NCBI GenBank assembly: GCA_036269255.1
Contig: DATASI010000182.1
Span: forward strand, 1 to 57,017
Reading direction: 5' to 3'
Source of the DNA: Candidatus Dormiibacterota bacterium
GTDB taxonomy: Bacteria; Chloroflexota; Dormibacteria; CF-121
Length of the DNA stretch: 57,017 bases
Shown: in pieces, positions 16,805 to 26,612 of the stretch
Position numbering within the stretch: the stretch's first letter is position 1
How the letters are laid out: each line of letters starts with the position of its first letter
Notes under the pieces: generated by a model
The model's input: the letters and a program-made list of their open reading frames with translations, nothing else
What the model was told of the DNA's origin: nothing
Databases searched by the model: none
Translations under genes and position numbers: made by a program

Positions 16805-17745
16805 GTGGATCTCGATGGCGCCCGTTGGAGGGCGATGGGACGGCGCGCTTCCAGGAGGTCGCGGTCCCAGCGGCCGAGCCGCGCCGCCATCTCGTAAACA
16901 TGTTCGTAGAACGTCAAGAGCGTCGCCTCGGGATCTTCGCCGGCTCGGACGGCATCGTAGGGAAGGATTGGCTGGCCGAGCCTGCCGTCGTAATAGGCGC
17001 CCTCGGGCTGAAGGGGCTCCTCTCTGAAGCCGGCCGGCTCAGGATAGGCATAGGCGTAGAACGCCGCCTGGCCAAGCCGTACGCCCGCGGCGGTGGGATT
17101 CCCCGGCCAGAATCCGCAGGAGAAGTTTTCCTGATCCTCTGACACCTGCATGAATCGCGGCACGCCCTGCAGCAGTGGCGCCCGCCGTCCGGAAAAGCGG
17201 GTATGCGCGAGGTCGAAGCTGCCCCAGAAGAAGTGAATCGGACTGCTCTTGCCGGCAAAGCCGGAGCGAAAGCGCTCGAGAACGCGCTCGGTCTGCAGCA
17301 GCACCTGCGCCCAACGACCGACGTACTCGGGGTCGTAGCTTGCATGGACGCGATCGAGCTCACAGGAAATCGGATCCGGTACCTCGGTGGGCATCGTGTT
17401 GATCTTGACCTCGATGCCGGCGGCGGCCAGGACGTCCATGAAATCGACATAGAAGTCGGCGACCGGCCGCGAGGTCAGCGCCAGCGCCTTTACCTGCCCA
17501 TCGCTGGTCTGGAGAAACAAATTGTGGTCGATGAAGTCGAAGGTGATTTCGAATGAGCGCCCGCGATAGGGGATCGGGCCGGTGGTCATGCCGCGCGCGG
17601 TCAGGCGAAAGGCGACCTGCCAGTACTCGTTCAGAAACGGGCAGAGAGCCAGCTTGACCTTGCCGACGATCTGGGTCCAGAGGTGGAGCGTGTCGCAGGT
17701 CTCGCTCCATTCGTCGTAGGGCAAGGCCGGCCAGGGTTCGCGCAT
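16801..17745 (-). CDS. DUF5996 family protein
   Basis: LPYDEW..TCDTLHLWTQIVGKVKLA and KSSPIHFFWGSFDLAHTRFSGRRAP match my recollection of the DUF5996 family. Confidence 0.6.
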   Translation of the reverse strand: MREPWPALPYDEWSETCDTLHLWTQIVGKVKLALCPFLNEYWQVAFRLTARGMTTGPIPYRGRSFEITFDFIDHNLFLQTSDGQVKALALTSRPVADFYVDFMDVLAAAGIEVKINTMPTEVPDPISCELDRVHASYDPEYVGRWAQVLLQTERVLERFRSGFAGKSSPIHFFWGSFDLAHTRFSGRRAPLLQGVPRFMQVSEDQENFSCGFWPGNPTAAGVRLGQAAFYAYAYPEPAGFREEPLQPEGAYYDGRLGQPILPYDAVRAGEDPEATLLTFYEHVYEMAARLGRWDRDLLEARRPIALQRAPSRST

Positions 17746-17758
17746 GTGAGCTCCGAGC

Positions 17759-18436
17759 CTACCGCTTTGGCCGTGTTGGCTGGGCGGCCTGCCGGCCCGA
17801 CGCCCAGAGGTAGAAACTGGCCAGACTGCGATTCGGTCGCCATTTCTCGCCGATCACCTCGGCTTCGTTTGGGGTCGGAAGGTGGTCGAGGCGGTAGAGC
17901 CGCTGGATCGCGCTCCGGATCCCGAGGTCACCAACGGGGAGCACGTCCGGCCGCTCGAGGTTGATCAGCAGAAACATATCCGCGGTCCAGCGCCCGAGTC
18001 CCTTGCTCGCCGTGATCTGGGTGCGAACCTCATCATCGGAGAGCGCCTGCAGCCGGTCGACTTGCAACTTACCGGACGTAATCTGCTCGGCGAGCGACCT
18101 CAGATACTCGACCTTCATCCGCGACAGCCCCACTTCCTTGAGCGAGGCGGGGTCCTCGGCGAGGAGCTGCTCGGGCGTTGGCATGCGGCCGCCGTATCGG
18201 TCGGTAAGACGGCCTGCGATCGCTCGCGCGGCGTAGCCCGAGATCTGCTGGCCGATGATGGAATAGACGAGCACGCTGAACGCATCGCCCAGGGGACGGG
18301 CCCGTCGCCATTCTTTAGGATCAATCGGTTCAGTCGAATCGATCAAGCGCGCGAGCCGTCGATCGCTCGCCTTCAACGCCGCCAGGCCAGCGTGCTCTCT
18401 GGACGGTCGGGAGATGGCGGGCACGATCAGCGCCAC
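17759..18436 (-). CDS. HhH-GPD family DNA glycosylase (3-methyladenine glycosylase II / AlkA-like)
   Basis: QQISGYAARAI, the GLSRMKVEYLRSLA helix-hairpin-helix, GLGRWTADMFLL and VLPVGDLG with the catalytic Asp. I chose the GTG start that overlaps the upstream stop. Confidence 0.75.
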   Translation of the reverse strand: MALIVPAISRPSREHAGLAALKASDRRLARLIDSTEPIDPKEWRRARPLGDAFSVLVYSIIGQQISGYAARAIAGRLTDRYGGRMPTPEQLLAEDPASLKEVGLSRMKVEYLRSLAEQITSGKLQVDRLQALSDDEVRTQITASKGLGRWTADMFLLINLERPDVLPVGDLGIRSAIQRLYRLDHLPTPNEAEVIGEKWRPNRSLASFYLWASGRQAAQPTRPKR

Positions 18437-20628
18437 CAGGGAATTCGTGCCGCCTGGACGGCGGAATTGATCGGCTGCTCGAGGTCGGTCTCGAGGCGCC
18501 CAAGGTTCAGCACCCATTCGCTCGCCATCACCACCGCGAGCGCGCCGCGACCCACCTGGTCGCTGTTACGCCATCGTCGCAGGCAATCAACGGCGGCTTC
18601 CCGTAGCCGCCCCTCCGAAACGCCCGGCCAGCTGGAAGCCGAGCCGGCGAGCGCCAGTCGATCCGCGTAGCCGTCCAGGGTTTCGACCACGATATGAACC
18701 TGTCCGCCGACCGTATCGGCGCCCTGAGGGCAGGTCTGGGCCTGGTAGCCCATGCCGGCGAGGATTTCCAGCAGGTCCGCGCCGAGCAGGATGTGATTCC
18801 CCGCCGACAGCAGGAATCCCGCCGTTTCAGGCGAGAGTGGGGACGCCGCCTTCTCATTGACGAAGGCGTCGAACGCCTCGCCGGCGCGCTCCTGGGCGAG
18901 CAGCGCGGTGCGTCGCGCGGGATCGATCTTTGCCGGTGGCTGCCATCCGAGCATCTGATCGAAGGCATGATCGAGATACAGCGCAGCCGCCTGGTAGAAC
19001 CCGGCGAACGCTCGGCCGAGGTCCCGGCGCACCCCGCGTGGCCACAGCGTGAGTCCGATGGCGGCGCCGATGAGGGCCCCGATGGCGACGTCTTCGAAGC
19101 GCACCAGTCCGACCCGCCACCCGGCCGGCGTGATCAGGTTGAAGACGATGATCAGCAGCACGCTGAAGGCCGCCTGGCTCGCGGCGAAGCCGACCGCGGT
19201 GGAGGCATAGGCGGCAATGAAGAACGCGAACGGCAATGCGGCCGAAAGGAGCACGGGATTTGCGCCGGTGACCGCAGCAAACAGGCCACCGAGCACCACG
19301 CCGACCAGGTTGCCCACCAGGGCCTCCACCATAGTGCGGCCGGTGCCAAGTGCATTCGAGCGGAGCACCTGCATCGCGCCAAGCACGACCCAGAATCCGC
19401 GCTGAAGGCCCAGGCTGTCGGCGACCAGCACCGCGACCGCGAGCGCGGCGGCCACACGCAGACTGCCGTGCAGCAGTGTGGAGGACGGATCGAGATGGGT
19501 TCGAACCGTAGAGAGGAGGCGTGCCAGCGTCGGTGCCTCATCGTCTGGCGGTGGCGTGGAGGTGATGCCACTGAACTCGTGATCCGGACGGCGCCCGGCG
19601 GCAATGATGGCGTTGCGCGCAAGCGCGATCGTCAAGTAGGAAATGACGCGCAACGTGTGGTCGGCGTCGAGCCCGTCGAGAACCTGCTCCGCCGGCTGCC
19701 CGCCGCGCAACGCCTCGGCCGCCCATCGGTCCAGGGCGCTCCGGTGCGCCTGGCGTGCCTGGTCGACGGTTCGAACATCTGGCGGAGTCCCTCCGGTGAG
19801 CACATCGGCACTCCCGCGCAGCGCGTTGACGACCGACTGTTTCAGCCGGTCGCTTTCCACGAGCTGCGGGCGGGCCAACGGCCGCTGTTGATGAAACGGC
19901 CGCTCGATCACATCGACGATCCGCTGCAATTCGGTCAAGAGCTGCACGAAGGCTCGGTCCCGGCGCGACGGGCCCGCCGGTCGTTTTGCCGTGGCGGTGT
20001 ATTCCCGACGGGCCTCCTGTTCGGCCTCACGTGCGGCCTTCCGCATCCGTGCCAGGTCGGGGTTCGCCTCGCTCGGGTCATAGCAGTCGACCAGGTCGGC
20101 CACTGCCAGGCATGCCCTCGCGGCTTTCTTGTGCAGCGTTATGTGCTCGAACCGCGGCCAGAGCGTAACGGCCGCAATCGTCGACAGGATACCCGCGATC
20201 AGCAATCCGCCGAGCCGTCCGGGAATCGCCGTCGGCGGCGCGGGAATCGAAACCGCGACGACAAAGGCGAGCAGCATCCCGGTCTGGGCCGCGGCGATGT
20301 AGCCGCCGAAGACGCGCGTGAAGGAGATCACGAGCGCGACCACCAACGTGACCGTGGCCGCGACCAGCGGGTTGAGCGAGACCGCCGTACCGAGCGCCAC
20401 GAACACCGCGGCAACGGCGGTGAACGTGAGGTAAGCCAGGGCGCGTGCCGGCCGAGGTCCTCCGAAGTCGGAGACGATCAGGAGCGCGAAACAGCCAAAG
20501 ACGATGAAGATGATGTTCTGAACGTCGTGGAGGACGAGCATCCCGAAGGCAAAGGCGAGCGGAATCACGATCGCGGCGCGGGCGGCGCGCCGGAGAGCGG
20601 CGAACCCTGGATCCGGCGGCGGCTTCAT
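18427..20628 (-). CDS. FUSC family (fusaric-acid-resistance / aromatic acid exporter-like) membrane protein
   Basis: Two multi-TM blocks separated by a charged cytoplasmic region, about 733 aa. The ATG at 20628 forms a TGATG overlap with the upstream stop. Confidence 0.7.
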   Translation of the reverse strand: MKPPPDPGFAALRRAARAAIVIPLAFAFGMLVLHDVQNIIFIVFGCFALLIVSDFGGPRPARALAYLTFTAVAAVFVALGTAVSLNPLVAATVTLVVALVISFTRVFGGYIAAAQTGMLLAFVVAVSIPAPPTAIPGRLGGLLIAGILSTIAAVTLWPRFEHITLHKKAARACLAVADLVDCYDPSEANPDLARMRKAAREAEQEARREYTATAKRPAGPSRRDRAFVQLLTELQRIVDVIERPFHQQRPLARPQLVESDRLKQSVVNALRGSADVLTGGTPPDVRTVDQARQAHRSALDRWAAEALRGGQPAEQVLDGLDADHTLRVISYLTIALARNAIIAAGRRPDHEFSGITSTPPPDDEAPTLARLLSTVRTHLDPSSTLLHGSLRVAAALAVAVLVADSLGLQRGFWVVLGAMQVLRSNALGTGRTMVEALVGNLVGVVLGGLFAAVTGANPVLLSAALPFAFFIAAYASTAVGFAASQAAFSVLLIIVFNLITPAGWRVGLVRFEDVAIGALIGAAIGLTLWPRGVRRDLGRAFAGFYQAAALYLDHAFDQMLGWQPPAKIDPARRTALLAQERAGEAFDAFVNEKAASPLSPETAGFLLSAGNHILLGADLLEILAGMGYQAQTCPQGADTVGGQVHIVVETLDGYADRLALAGSASSWPGVSEGRLREAAVDCLRRWRNSDQVGRGALAVVMASEWVLNLGRLETDLEQPINSAVQAARIPWWR

Positions 20629-21860
20629 CAGAACAATTGTGTCCGGATGATGCGCCACAAGAATCCGGGCTGGTCGATGGAATAGGTCGTTTGCAGCGGC
20701 ATCTGCGTGGTGTGCTCGCCCACCTGGATCGTCAAGCTGCCGGCGTGCGAGCCGGACGGCGAAGGCGCCCTGAGTGTCGGCGCATCGATGTGAAGATGGA
20801 GCGTCATGCCGTCGTAGACGACGAGGTTGACGTCCTGCTGCGAAAAGACATAGGCGTTATCGCCCCAGGGCGCCTGGTATTCGACGAGCGTCTGCAGCGT
20901 CGACACCAGCGTGCGGTAATGGAGCCTCGGGCTGATCGCCTCGATCAGGCTTCTGGCTGCGGTGAAGGCGTCGTCGAGCGTCGGCAAACCCATCACGACG
21001 CCGAAGATTCGTGCCGGTTGCTCGTCCGCCGTGACATCCGCGGCGAACACCAGGCAGGCGCCGGCGGCTGACGTCGACCCCGTCTTGACGCCGATGATGC
21101 CGTTTTGGCCGAGGTCCGCGTTGACATTGAAGACATGGCCGGCGACGGGGAGCGTCGCGTCTGGCATGGCGACAATCTGCGCAAATACCGGATCGTGCAT
21201 CGCTACCTCGGCGATGGCGATCAGATCGCGCGGCGATCCGGTCGTGCCGCTGGAGACGCCGGTCACGTCCGCATAGTGCGTCTGTCCCAGGCCCAGTTTG
21301 GCCGCCTGCGCATTCATCTTGGCAACAAACGCGACGGTCGACCCGGCATCCCAGTTGGCGAGCAGATCGGCGACGTTGTTGCCCGAAGGGATCAACAGGG
21401 CCTGGAGTGCCTGATACTCGGTGAGCTGCTCGCCCGTGACAACCGGAAACACCGATTGCCCATCGGCTTTCTCGCTCTGATAGGTGGCAACATCGGCCGG
21501 TGTGACCGGTACCAGCGGGCCCTGCTGTGCGAGCTGGAGCGGAGCATCCTGCAGCAGCAGCAAGGCGGTCATGATTTTCGCCGTGCTGGCCAGCGGCTGC
21601 GGAGTTTGCAGGCCGAAGCTGCCAACGGTTCCGAGATTCTCGATCGCTACCGCGGCGCTGCCGCGCTGCGGCCAGGGGAACGCCGGGGGTGTGGGGCCGA
21701 GCTGCGAGCTGCTGGGCTGAAGAATGGTCGGCGTGATCATGGGCGGTGGTCGAACGATCTGAAAGGCGAAGAGCGCCGAGAGCAGCGCGATGCCCAGCCC
21801 CGCCGCCAGCGCGGGCCAGAACTGCTCGCGCCCTGCCAGCCGGCCGGCCATGGCCTTCAT
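20628..21860 (-). CDS. D-alanyl-D-alanine carboxypeptidase (S11 serine peptidase, low-MW PBP)
   Basis: N-terminal TM or signal anchor, SxxK (ASTAKIM), SxN (PSGNN) and KTG (VKTGST) motifs. Confidence 0.85.
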   Translation of the reverse strand: MKAMAGRLAGREQFWPALAAGLGIALLSALFAFQIVRPPPMITPTILQPSSSQLGPTPPAFPWPQRGSAAVAIENLGTVGSFGLQTPQPLASTAKIMTALLLLQDAPLQLAQQGPLVPVTPADVATYQSEKADGQSVFPVVTGEQLTEYQALQALLIPSGNNVADLLANWDAGSTVAFVAKMNAQAAKLGLGQTHYADVTGVSSGTTGSPRDLIAIAEVAMHDPVFAQIVAMPDATLPVAGHVFNVNADLGQNGIIGVKTGSTSAAGACLVFAADVTADEQPARIFGVVMGLPTLDDAFTAARSLIEAISPRLHYRTLVSTLQTLVEYQAPWGDNAYVFSQQDVNLVVYDGMTLHLHIDAPTLRAPSPSGSHAGSLTIQVGEHTTQMPLQTTYSIDQPGFLWRIIRTQLF

Positions 21861-21960
21861 CTGCGCCTAGCATCGCGCAGGCTGCGCGATCCGACAAGGG
21901 AGGGCACCGTCACTCGATTGGCTCGGGTCGCGCCAGCCGGGAGTTCGTTAAAGTCAGGCA

Positions 21961-22692
21961 ATGGTCTCAACCGGCGTTGTTCCCGTCCTGATCACCACCT
22001 TTCTGGCTTCCGCCGTCGAGGCGATCGAGATGGTCACGATCGTCGTGGGCGTAGGCGCCACCCGAGGCTGGCGATCGACGATCATCGGCACGGCGAGCGG
22101 CTTCGGCGTGCTGGCCGTAGTGATTGCCATCCTGGGCGCGGCGCTCAAGGCGGTACCCATCGGCCCCCTACGCCTGGTGGTCGGCGCCTTGCTCCTGATC
22201 TTTGGTCTGCAGTGGTTCCGTAAAGGGATCGTGAGGGTCGCGGCCCGCGGGTTTGCCGGGATCGCCGGCGACGATCAGGAGGAGGCTGCCGAGTGGACCG
22301 GTCCGGGCATGGATTGGACAGCCTGGTTTCTCGCCTTCAAGGGCGTGGTTCTCGAGGGGCTCGAAGTGGCTTTCATCGTCGTTGCCTTTGGCGCCGGTGC
22401 CAACCAGCTTGGTCCCGCGATCATTGGCGGCGTCGGCGCAATCATCGTGATCGGCGGGATCGGGCTGGCGCTGCATCAGACGGTGAGGAGGATCCCGCGC
22501 AGCTTCCTGCAGTTGATCGTGGGCACGCTGCTGACGACCTTCGGGACTTTCTGGTCGCTGGAAGGGCTGGGCGTCGACTGGCCCGGCAGCGATGCCGCCA
22601 TCCTCGGACTCCTGATTCTCTACGCCGCGACGGCGGCGATCTACATCACGCTGGAGCGCCGCCGGGCGTTCGGACTGCGGGCGGTCGCCTGA
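21961..22692 (+). CDS. Internally duplicated polytopic membrane protein (COG4280-like), function unknown
   Basis: Two homologous halves each start with an acidic helix, VEAIEMVTIVVGVGA and LEGLEVAFIVVAFGA. Confidence 0.6.
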   Translation: MVSTGVVPVLITTFLASAVEAIEMVTIVVGVGATRGWRSTIIGTASGFGVLAVVIAILGAALKAVPIGPLRLVVGALLLIFGLQWFRKGIVRVAARGFAGIAGDDQEEAAEWTGPGMDWTAWFLAFKGVVLEGLEVAFIVVAFGAGANQLGPAIIGGVGAIIVIGGIGLALHQTVRRIPRSFLQLIVGTLLTTFGTFWSLEGLGVDWPGSDAAILGLLILYAATAAIYITLERRRAFGLRAVA

Positions 22693-22693
22693 T

Positions 22694-22903
22694 ATGGATC
22701 GACCTTTGTCCTGGATCCTTGCTCCCTTCCGCTTCCTCTATCACTTCATCGTCGGTGACGATTGGACGGTGGCAGCGGCGGTCTTCATTGGCCTTGCGAT
22801 CTGCGGCGTGCTCAACGCCAATCACATCATCGCCTGGTGGCTGATTCCCCTGCTTGCCATTGCGATGACGGGCGTCAGCCTCCGGCGCCACCGCGCCCGC
22901 TGA
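22694..22903 (+). CDS. Small two-helix membrane protein (69 aa)
   Basis: Starts 1 nt after the upstream stop, and its stop overlaps the gnd ATG (TGATG). It has two hydrophobic segments. Confidence 0.5.
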   Translation: MDRPLSWILAPFRFLYHFIVGDDWTVAAAVFIGLAICGVLNANHIIAWWLIPLLAIAMTGVSLRRHRAR

Positions 22904-24336
22904 TGAGTGTCATCGGCGTCGTGGGACTGGGGACGATGGGCCAGAACCTGGCCCGCAACTTCGCGCACAAGGGGTTCAGCGTCTCGGTTTACAACCGCAC
23001 AACCTCCCGCGTCGACGCCTTCATGAAACAGTTCGGGAGCGAAGGAGCGTTCACGCCGGCCTCCTCACCCGATGAGCTGGTGCAGCAGCTGGAACCGCCT
23101 CGCGTCGTGCTGATGATGGTGACGGCCGGTCCCGCGGTCGATGAGACGATCGACCATCTGGCCCCGTCGCTCAAGACGGGAGACATCCTGATCGACGGCG
23201 GGAACTCGTACTACCTGGACACCGTCCGCCGCGGAAAAGCGCTCGAGGCGAAGGGGCTTCGATTCATCGGTGCCGGCGTGTCCGGTGGGGAAGAAGGAGC
23301 GCTGAACGGCCCCAGCATCATGCCGGGCGGCCAGTGGGAGGCATACGAGCGCGTCGAGCCGATGCTGACGAAGATCAGCGCGCACGTCGACGGCGAGCCC
23401 TGCTGCACCTACATCGGGCCTGGTGGCGCAGGCCACTACGTCAAGATGGTCCACAACGGCATCGAGTACGCGGACATCCAGCTGATCGCCGAAGCCTACG
23501 ACCTCCTTTCGCACGCCCTCGGACTCGATGCGGTCGAACTCGCAAAAGTCTTTGCCCGCTGGAACCAGGGCGACCTGGACTCATACCTGATCCAGATCAC
23601 GGCCGAGGTGCTGGCCAAACGCGATCGCGCGACCGGCAAAGCGCTGGTCGATGTCATCCTCGACGAGGCACAGCAAAAAGGAACCGGCAAGTGGGCCTCG
23701 CAATCGGCGCTCGACCTCGGCATCCCGCTGACCGCGATCACCGAAGCGGTGTTTGCCCGCTTCCTCTCGGCGTTGAAAGCCGATCGACAGCTCGCCTCAA
23801 CCATGCTTCCCGGACCGAACGGCGCGGTCCGTTCTGAGGCGCCCGAGTCACTGATCGACGATGTGCGGAGCGCACTCTATGCCTCGAAAGTGGTGGCCTA
23901 CGCGCAGGGATTCGAACAGATGCAGGCGGCATCGAATGAGAACGGATGGAATTTGCAGCTGGGGTCGATTGCCCGCATCTGGCGCGGCGGCTGCATCATC
24001 CGCGCCCGCTTTCTGAACCGCATCACCGATGCGTACGGCGCCGATCCGAAGGTCAAGAACTTGCTGCTCGTCCCCTATTTCAGGGATGCGATGGCGGAGG
24101 CCCAGGTTGCCTGGCGCCGCGTGATCAGCGTGGCGGTCGAGCGGGGCATTCCCGTTCCCGCCTTCAGTTCCTCGCTGGCCTATTACGACGCCTACCGGCG
24201 GGAGCGCTTACCGGCGAATCTCGTCCAGGGACTGCGCGATTACTTCGGGGCGCACACCTACCGGCGCATCGACCGCGGGGGATCGTTTCATACCCGCTGG
24301 GCGCAGGACGGGGAAGAGGTCCCGGTGCAGCACTAG
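22903..24336 (+). CDS. gnd: 6-phosphogluconate dehydrogenase (decarboxylating)
   Basis: MSVIGVVGLGTMGQNLARN, DGGNS, GVSGGEEGA, HYVKMVHNGIEY, GTGKW and RDYFGAHTY motifs. I rejected the long N-terminal extension in the track. Confidence 0.95.
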   Translation: MSVIGVVGLGTMGQNLARNFAHKGFSVSVYNRTTSRVDAFMKQFGSEGAFTPASSPDELVQQLEPPRVVLMMVTAGPAVDETIDHLAPSLKTGDILIDGGNSYYLDTVRRGKALEAKGLRFIGAGVSGGEEGALNGPSIMPGGQWEAYERVEPMLTKISAHVDGEPCCTYIGPGGAGHYVKMVHNGIEYADIQLIAEAYDLLSHALGLDAVELAKVFARWNQGDLDSYLIQITAEVLAKRDRATGKALVDVILDEAQQKGTGKWASQSALDLGIPLTAITEAVFARFLSALKADRQLASTMLPGPNGAVRSEAPESLIDDVRSALYASKVVAYAQGFEQMQAASNENGWNLQLGSIARIWRGGCIIRARFLNRITDAYGADPKVKNLLLVPYFRDAMAEAQVAWRRVISVAVERGIPVPAFSSSLAYYDAYRRERLPANLVQGLRDYFGAHTYRRIDRGGSFHTRWAQDGEEVPVQH

Positions 24337-25238
24337 GCGATCACCCGCTGCTTTGCCTCGGTGCTCTGGACATAGAGGTTGCGGCCGCGACGCATGCCGG
24401 CCAGCGTGACCGCGATCGGCGCCACGAAGAGAAGGCCGGCGCCGATGATGCGTGCCGGCGAAAAGGCGTTGCCCTGCAGGAGCACGCCGAACAGCACCGC
24501 CCATGCCGGTTCGGTCAGCAGTACAACCGCCGCCGGGGTTGCCGGGAGCTTTTCCTGGGCCCAGGCCTGTACCAGGAAGCCGATGGCGGTCGCGAAGATG
24601 GCGGTGAAGGCGACGGCCGGCCGGATGGACGACGGAGGCAGGGCCATGCCACCGCCCGGCGGCGTCAGCGCCACGACGATAAACACCGCGGCGGCGCCGA
24701 TCATCAAGCCCAGCGTGAGGGAGCCGGTCGGGTGCTGCGGCGCGCGAGCCGAGAGCATGATGATCTGCCCCGCAAACCCGAGGGCGCTGATGCCCACCAG
24801 CAGATCGCCGATCGCCAGCTGACGCGGCATTCCGCCGACCAGCAGGACCAGGCCAAGGAGGGCGACCAGCAGGCCGGCAAGCGTTGGGCGTGAGACCCCC
24901 ATCCGCCACAGCAACCACTCGATCAGAGGGACGAACACTACGGAAAGGCCGGTGATCAATCCGGTGTCACTGGCGAGCGTCAGTCGCAACCCCATGGTCT
25001 GCACGATGAAGGCGCCGCCCATCAGCAGGCCGATCGGGATGCCGGCGCGAACCCCGGGCCACTCGATCCGGCGGACCATCGGCAGGAAGAGGAGGGTCGC
25101 GAGCAGGAAGCGGTAGGCGAAAAAGCCGGCGACCGGGTAGGCGCTGACCGCATCCTTGACCGTCACAAAGGTGCCGCCCCAGATCGCCGTGACGGCAATC
25201 AGCGACAGCAATCGAACCGGGATGCCCGAGCGCTGCAT
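24333..25238 (-). CDS. DMT superfamily (EamA-like) transporter
   Basis: Ten hydrophobic segments with an IWGGTFVTVK start of EamA repeat 1. The internal ATG at 25238 overlaps the upstream stop (TGATG). Confidence 0.8.
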   Translation of the reverse strand: MQRSGIPVRLLSLIAVTAIWGGTFVTVKDAVSAYPVAGFFAYRFLLATLLFLPMVRRIEWPGVRAGIPIGLLMGGAFIVQTMGLRLTLASDTGLITGLSVVFVPLIEWLLWRMGVSRPTLAGLLVALLGLVLLVGGMPRQLAIGDLLVGISALGFAGQIIMLSARAPQHPTGSLTLGLMIGAAAVFIVVALTPPGGGMALPPSSIRPAVAFTAIFATAIGFLVQAWAQEKLPATPAAVVLLTEPAWAVLFGVLLQGNAFSPARIIGAGLLFVAPIAVTLAGMRRGRNLYVQSTEAKQRVIA

Positions 25239-25780
25239 CAGGCTGCCCTTCGACGGAAGCGCCGGACCCGCTGCCGGTTGCCGCAGGTTGCCGACTCGCA
25301 CCACTGCCGGCTGCGATTCTTCGAGCGATCGATGAACAGCCATCGACACTGATCGTTGCCACAGCGTTTGATGCGGTCGGCCTCTCCTCGCAGCTCGACC
25401 AGTGCGATCAGGAGGGCGTCGATCAACCCATCGCAGCCGGGGCGCAGCGGGACCAGGCGGCCCTCGGCATCCAGCTGGAAGCGAGCGCCGTGGAGGAGCT
25501 GGCTGACGCGACGCGCGTTGGCCCGCTGGTTGGTGGCAAACAGCTGGGCGGCCTCGCGAATTTCTCGCAACGAGGCAAGCTGGCGGCTGTGGGGCCGCTC
25601 GGCGAGCCGAAGTCCGTGCCGGCCCAGGTACGCCATCGCCTCTTGCGGCGTCTCGAGGTGATCGTGCGCCGGAAGCCACTTCGCGCCGTTGCCATCACCC
25701 GGTTCACGAGCCTCCGGCTGGTGATAGCTGTTGGCGACGGCGAGCAGCGCGTCGACCGACACCGCGCCTGTAATGGTCAT
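25238..25780 (-). CDS. CGNR zinc-finger (ABATE domain) putative regulator
   Basis: C-terminal RIKRCGNDQCRWLFIDRSKNRSRQWCESATCGNRQRVRRFR is the canonical CGNR zinc finger. Confidence 0.85.
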   Translation of the reverse strand: MTITGAVSVDALLAVANSYHQPEAREPGDGNGAKWLPAHDHLETPQEAMAYLGRHGLRLAERPHSRQLASLREIREAAQLFATNQRANARRVSQLLHGARFQLDAEGRLVPLRPGCDGLIDALLIALVELRGEADRIKRCGNDQCRWLFIDRSKNRSRQWCESATCGNRQRVRRFRRRAA

Positions 25781-25845
25781 AATGCACTTTGCATATTACC
25801 AGGCCGCCGGCGCCGCCCAGGGCCCACCTTTGAAAGACTTAGGGC

Positions 25846-26526
25846 ATGCGGGAGGTGCGTCCGGCATTTCTGTTCGATCTCGACGGCACATTGGTCGACA
25901 GCGTCTATCAGCATGTGCTCGCCTGGCACGAGGTGCTGGGCGAGGCCGGCATCAATCTCTCGGTCTGGCGCATCCATCGCCGCATCGGCATGAGCGGCGG
26001 TCTCTTCGTCAACGCGCTGATGCGGGAGACCGGCAAACACCTCAGCGCCGACCAGGCCAAGCAACTCCGTGACAAACATGCGCAGGCGTTCGTGCGCCGG
26101 AGCCGCGAGGTCCACCCGCTGCCCGGCGCCCACGACCTGCTGAGCACGCTGACCCGCCTCGATGTCCCCTGGGCCATCGCCACCAGCGGCAGCCCGACGA
26201 CGGCAGGCCCGACCATCGCGATGCTTCGGGTGGAGCCGAAGGCCGTGATCACCCGAGAAGACGTCAGGCATGCCAAGCCGGACCCCGATCTCTTCCTGGC
26301 GGCCGCGGATCGGCTGGGCGTCGACATTGGCCAGTGCATCGTGGTTGGTGACAGCGTTTGGGACCTGCTGGCAGCGCAGCGGGCCCGCTCGCTCGGTGTC
26401 GGCCTGCTCTCGGGCGGCTACGGGCGCGAGGAGTTGCAGCAGGCCGGCGCCTATCGCGTCTACGAGGATCCGCGAGACCTGCACGAGCATCTCGACGAGG
26501 TCGGCGTGCGAGATTCACCGAGCTGA
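25846..26526 (+). CDS. HAD-IA family hydrolase (phosphatase)
   Basis: FLFDLDGTLVDS (motif I), ATSG (motif II), K...VGDSVWD (motifs III/IV). Confidence 0.85.
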   Translation: MREVRPAFLFDLDGTLVDSVYQHVLAWHEVLGEAGINLSVWRIHRRIGMSGGLFVNALMRETGKHLSADQAKQLRDKHAQAFVRRSREVHPLPGAHDLLSTLTRLDVPWAIATSGSPTTAGPTIAMLRVEPKAVITREDVRHAKPDPDLFLAAADRLGVDIGQCIVVGDSVWDLLAAQRARSLGVGLLSGGYGREELQQAGAYRVYEDPRDLHEHLDEVGVRDSPS

Positions 26527-26612
26527 GCTCCCACTCCGACCCTGCCCCGCAAGCGGGGGAGGGAGAGACGCCGCGCGTTTCGCCCCTCATTTACCTCGGC
26601 CCATTCGCCACC

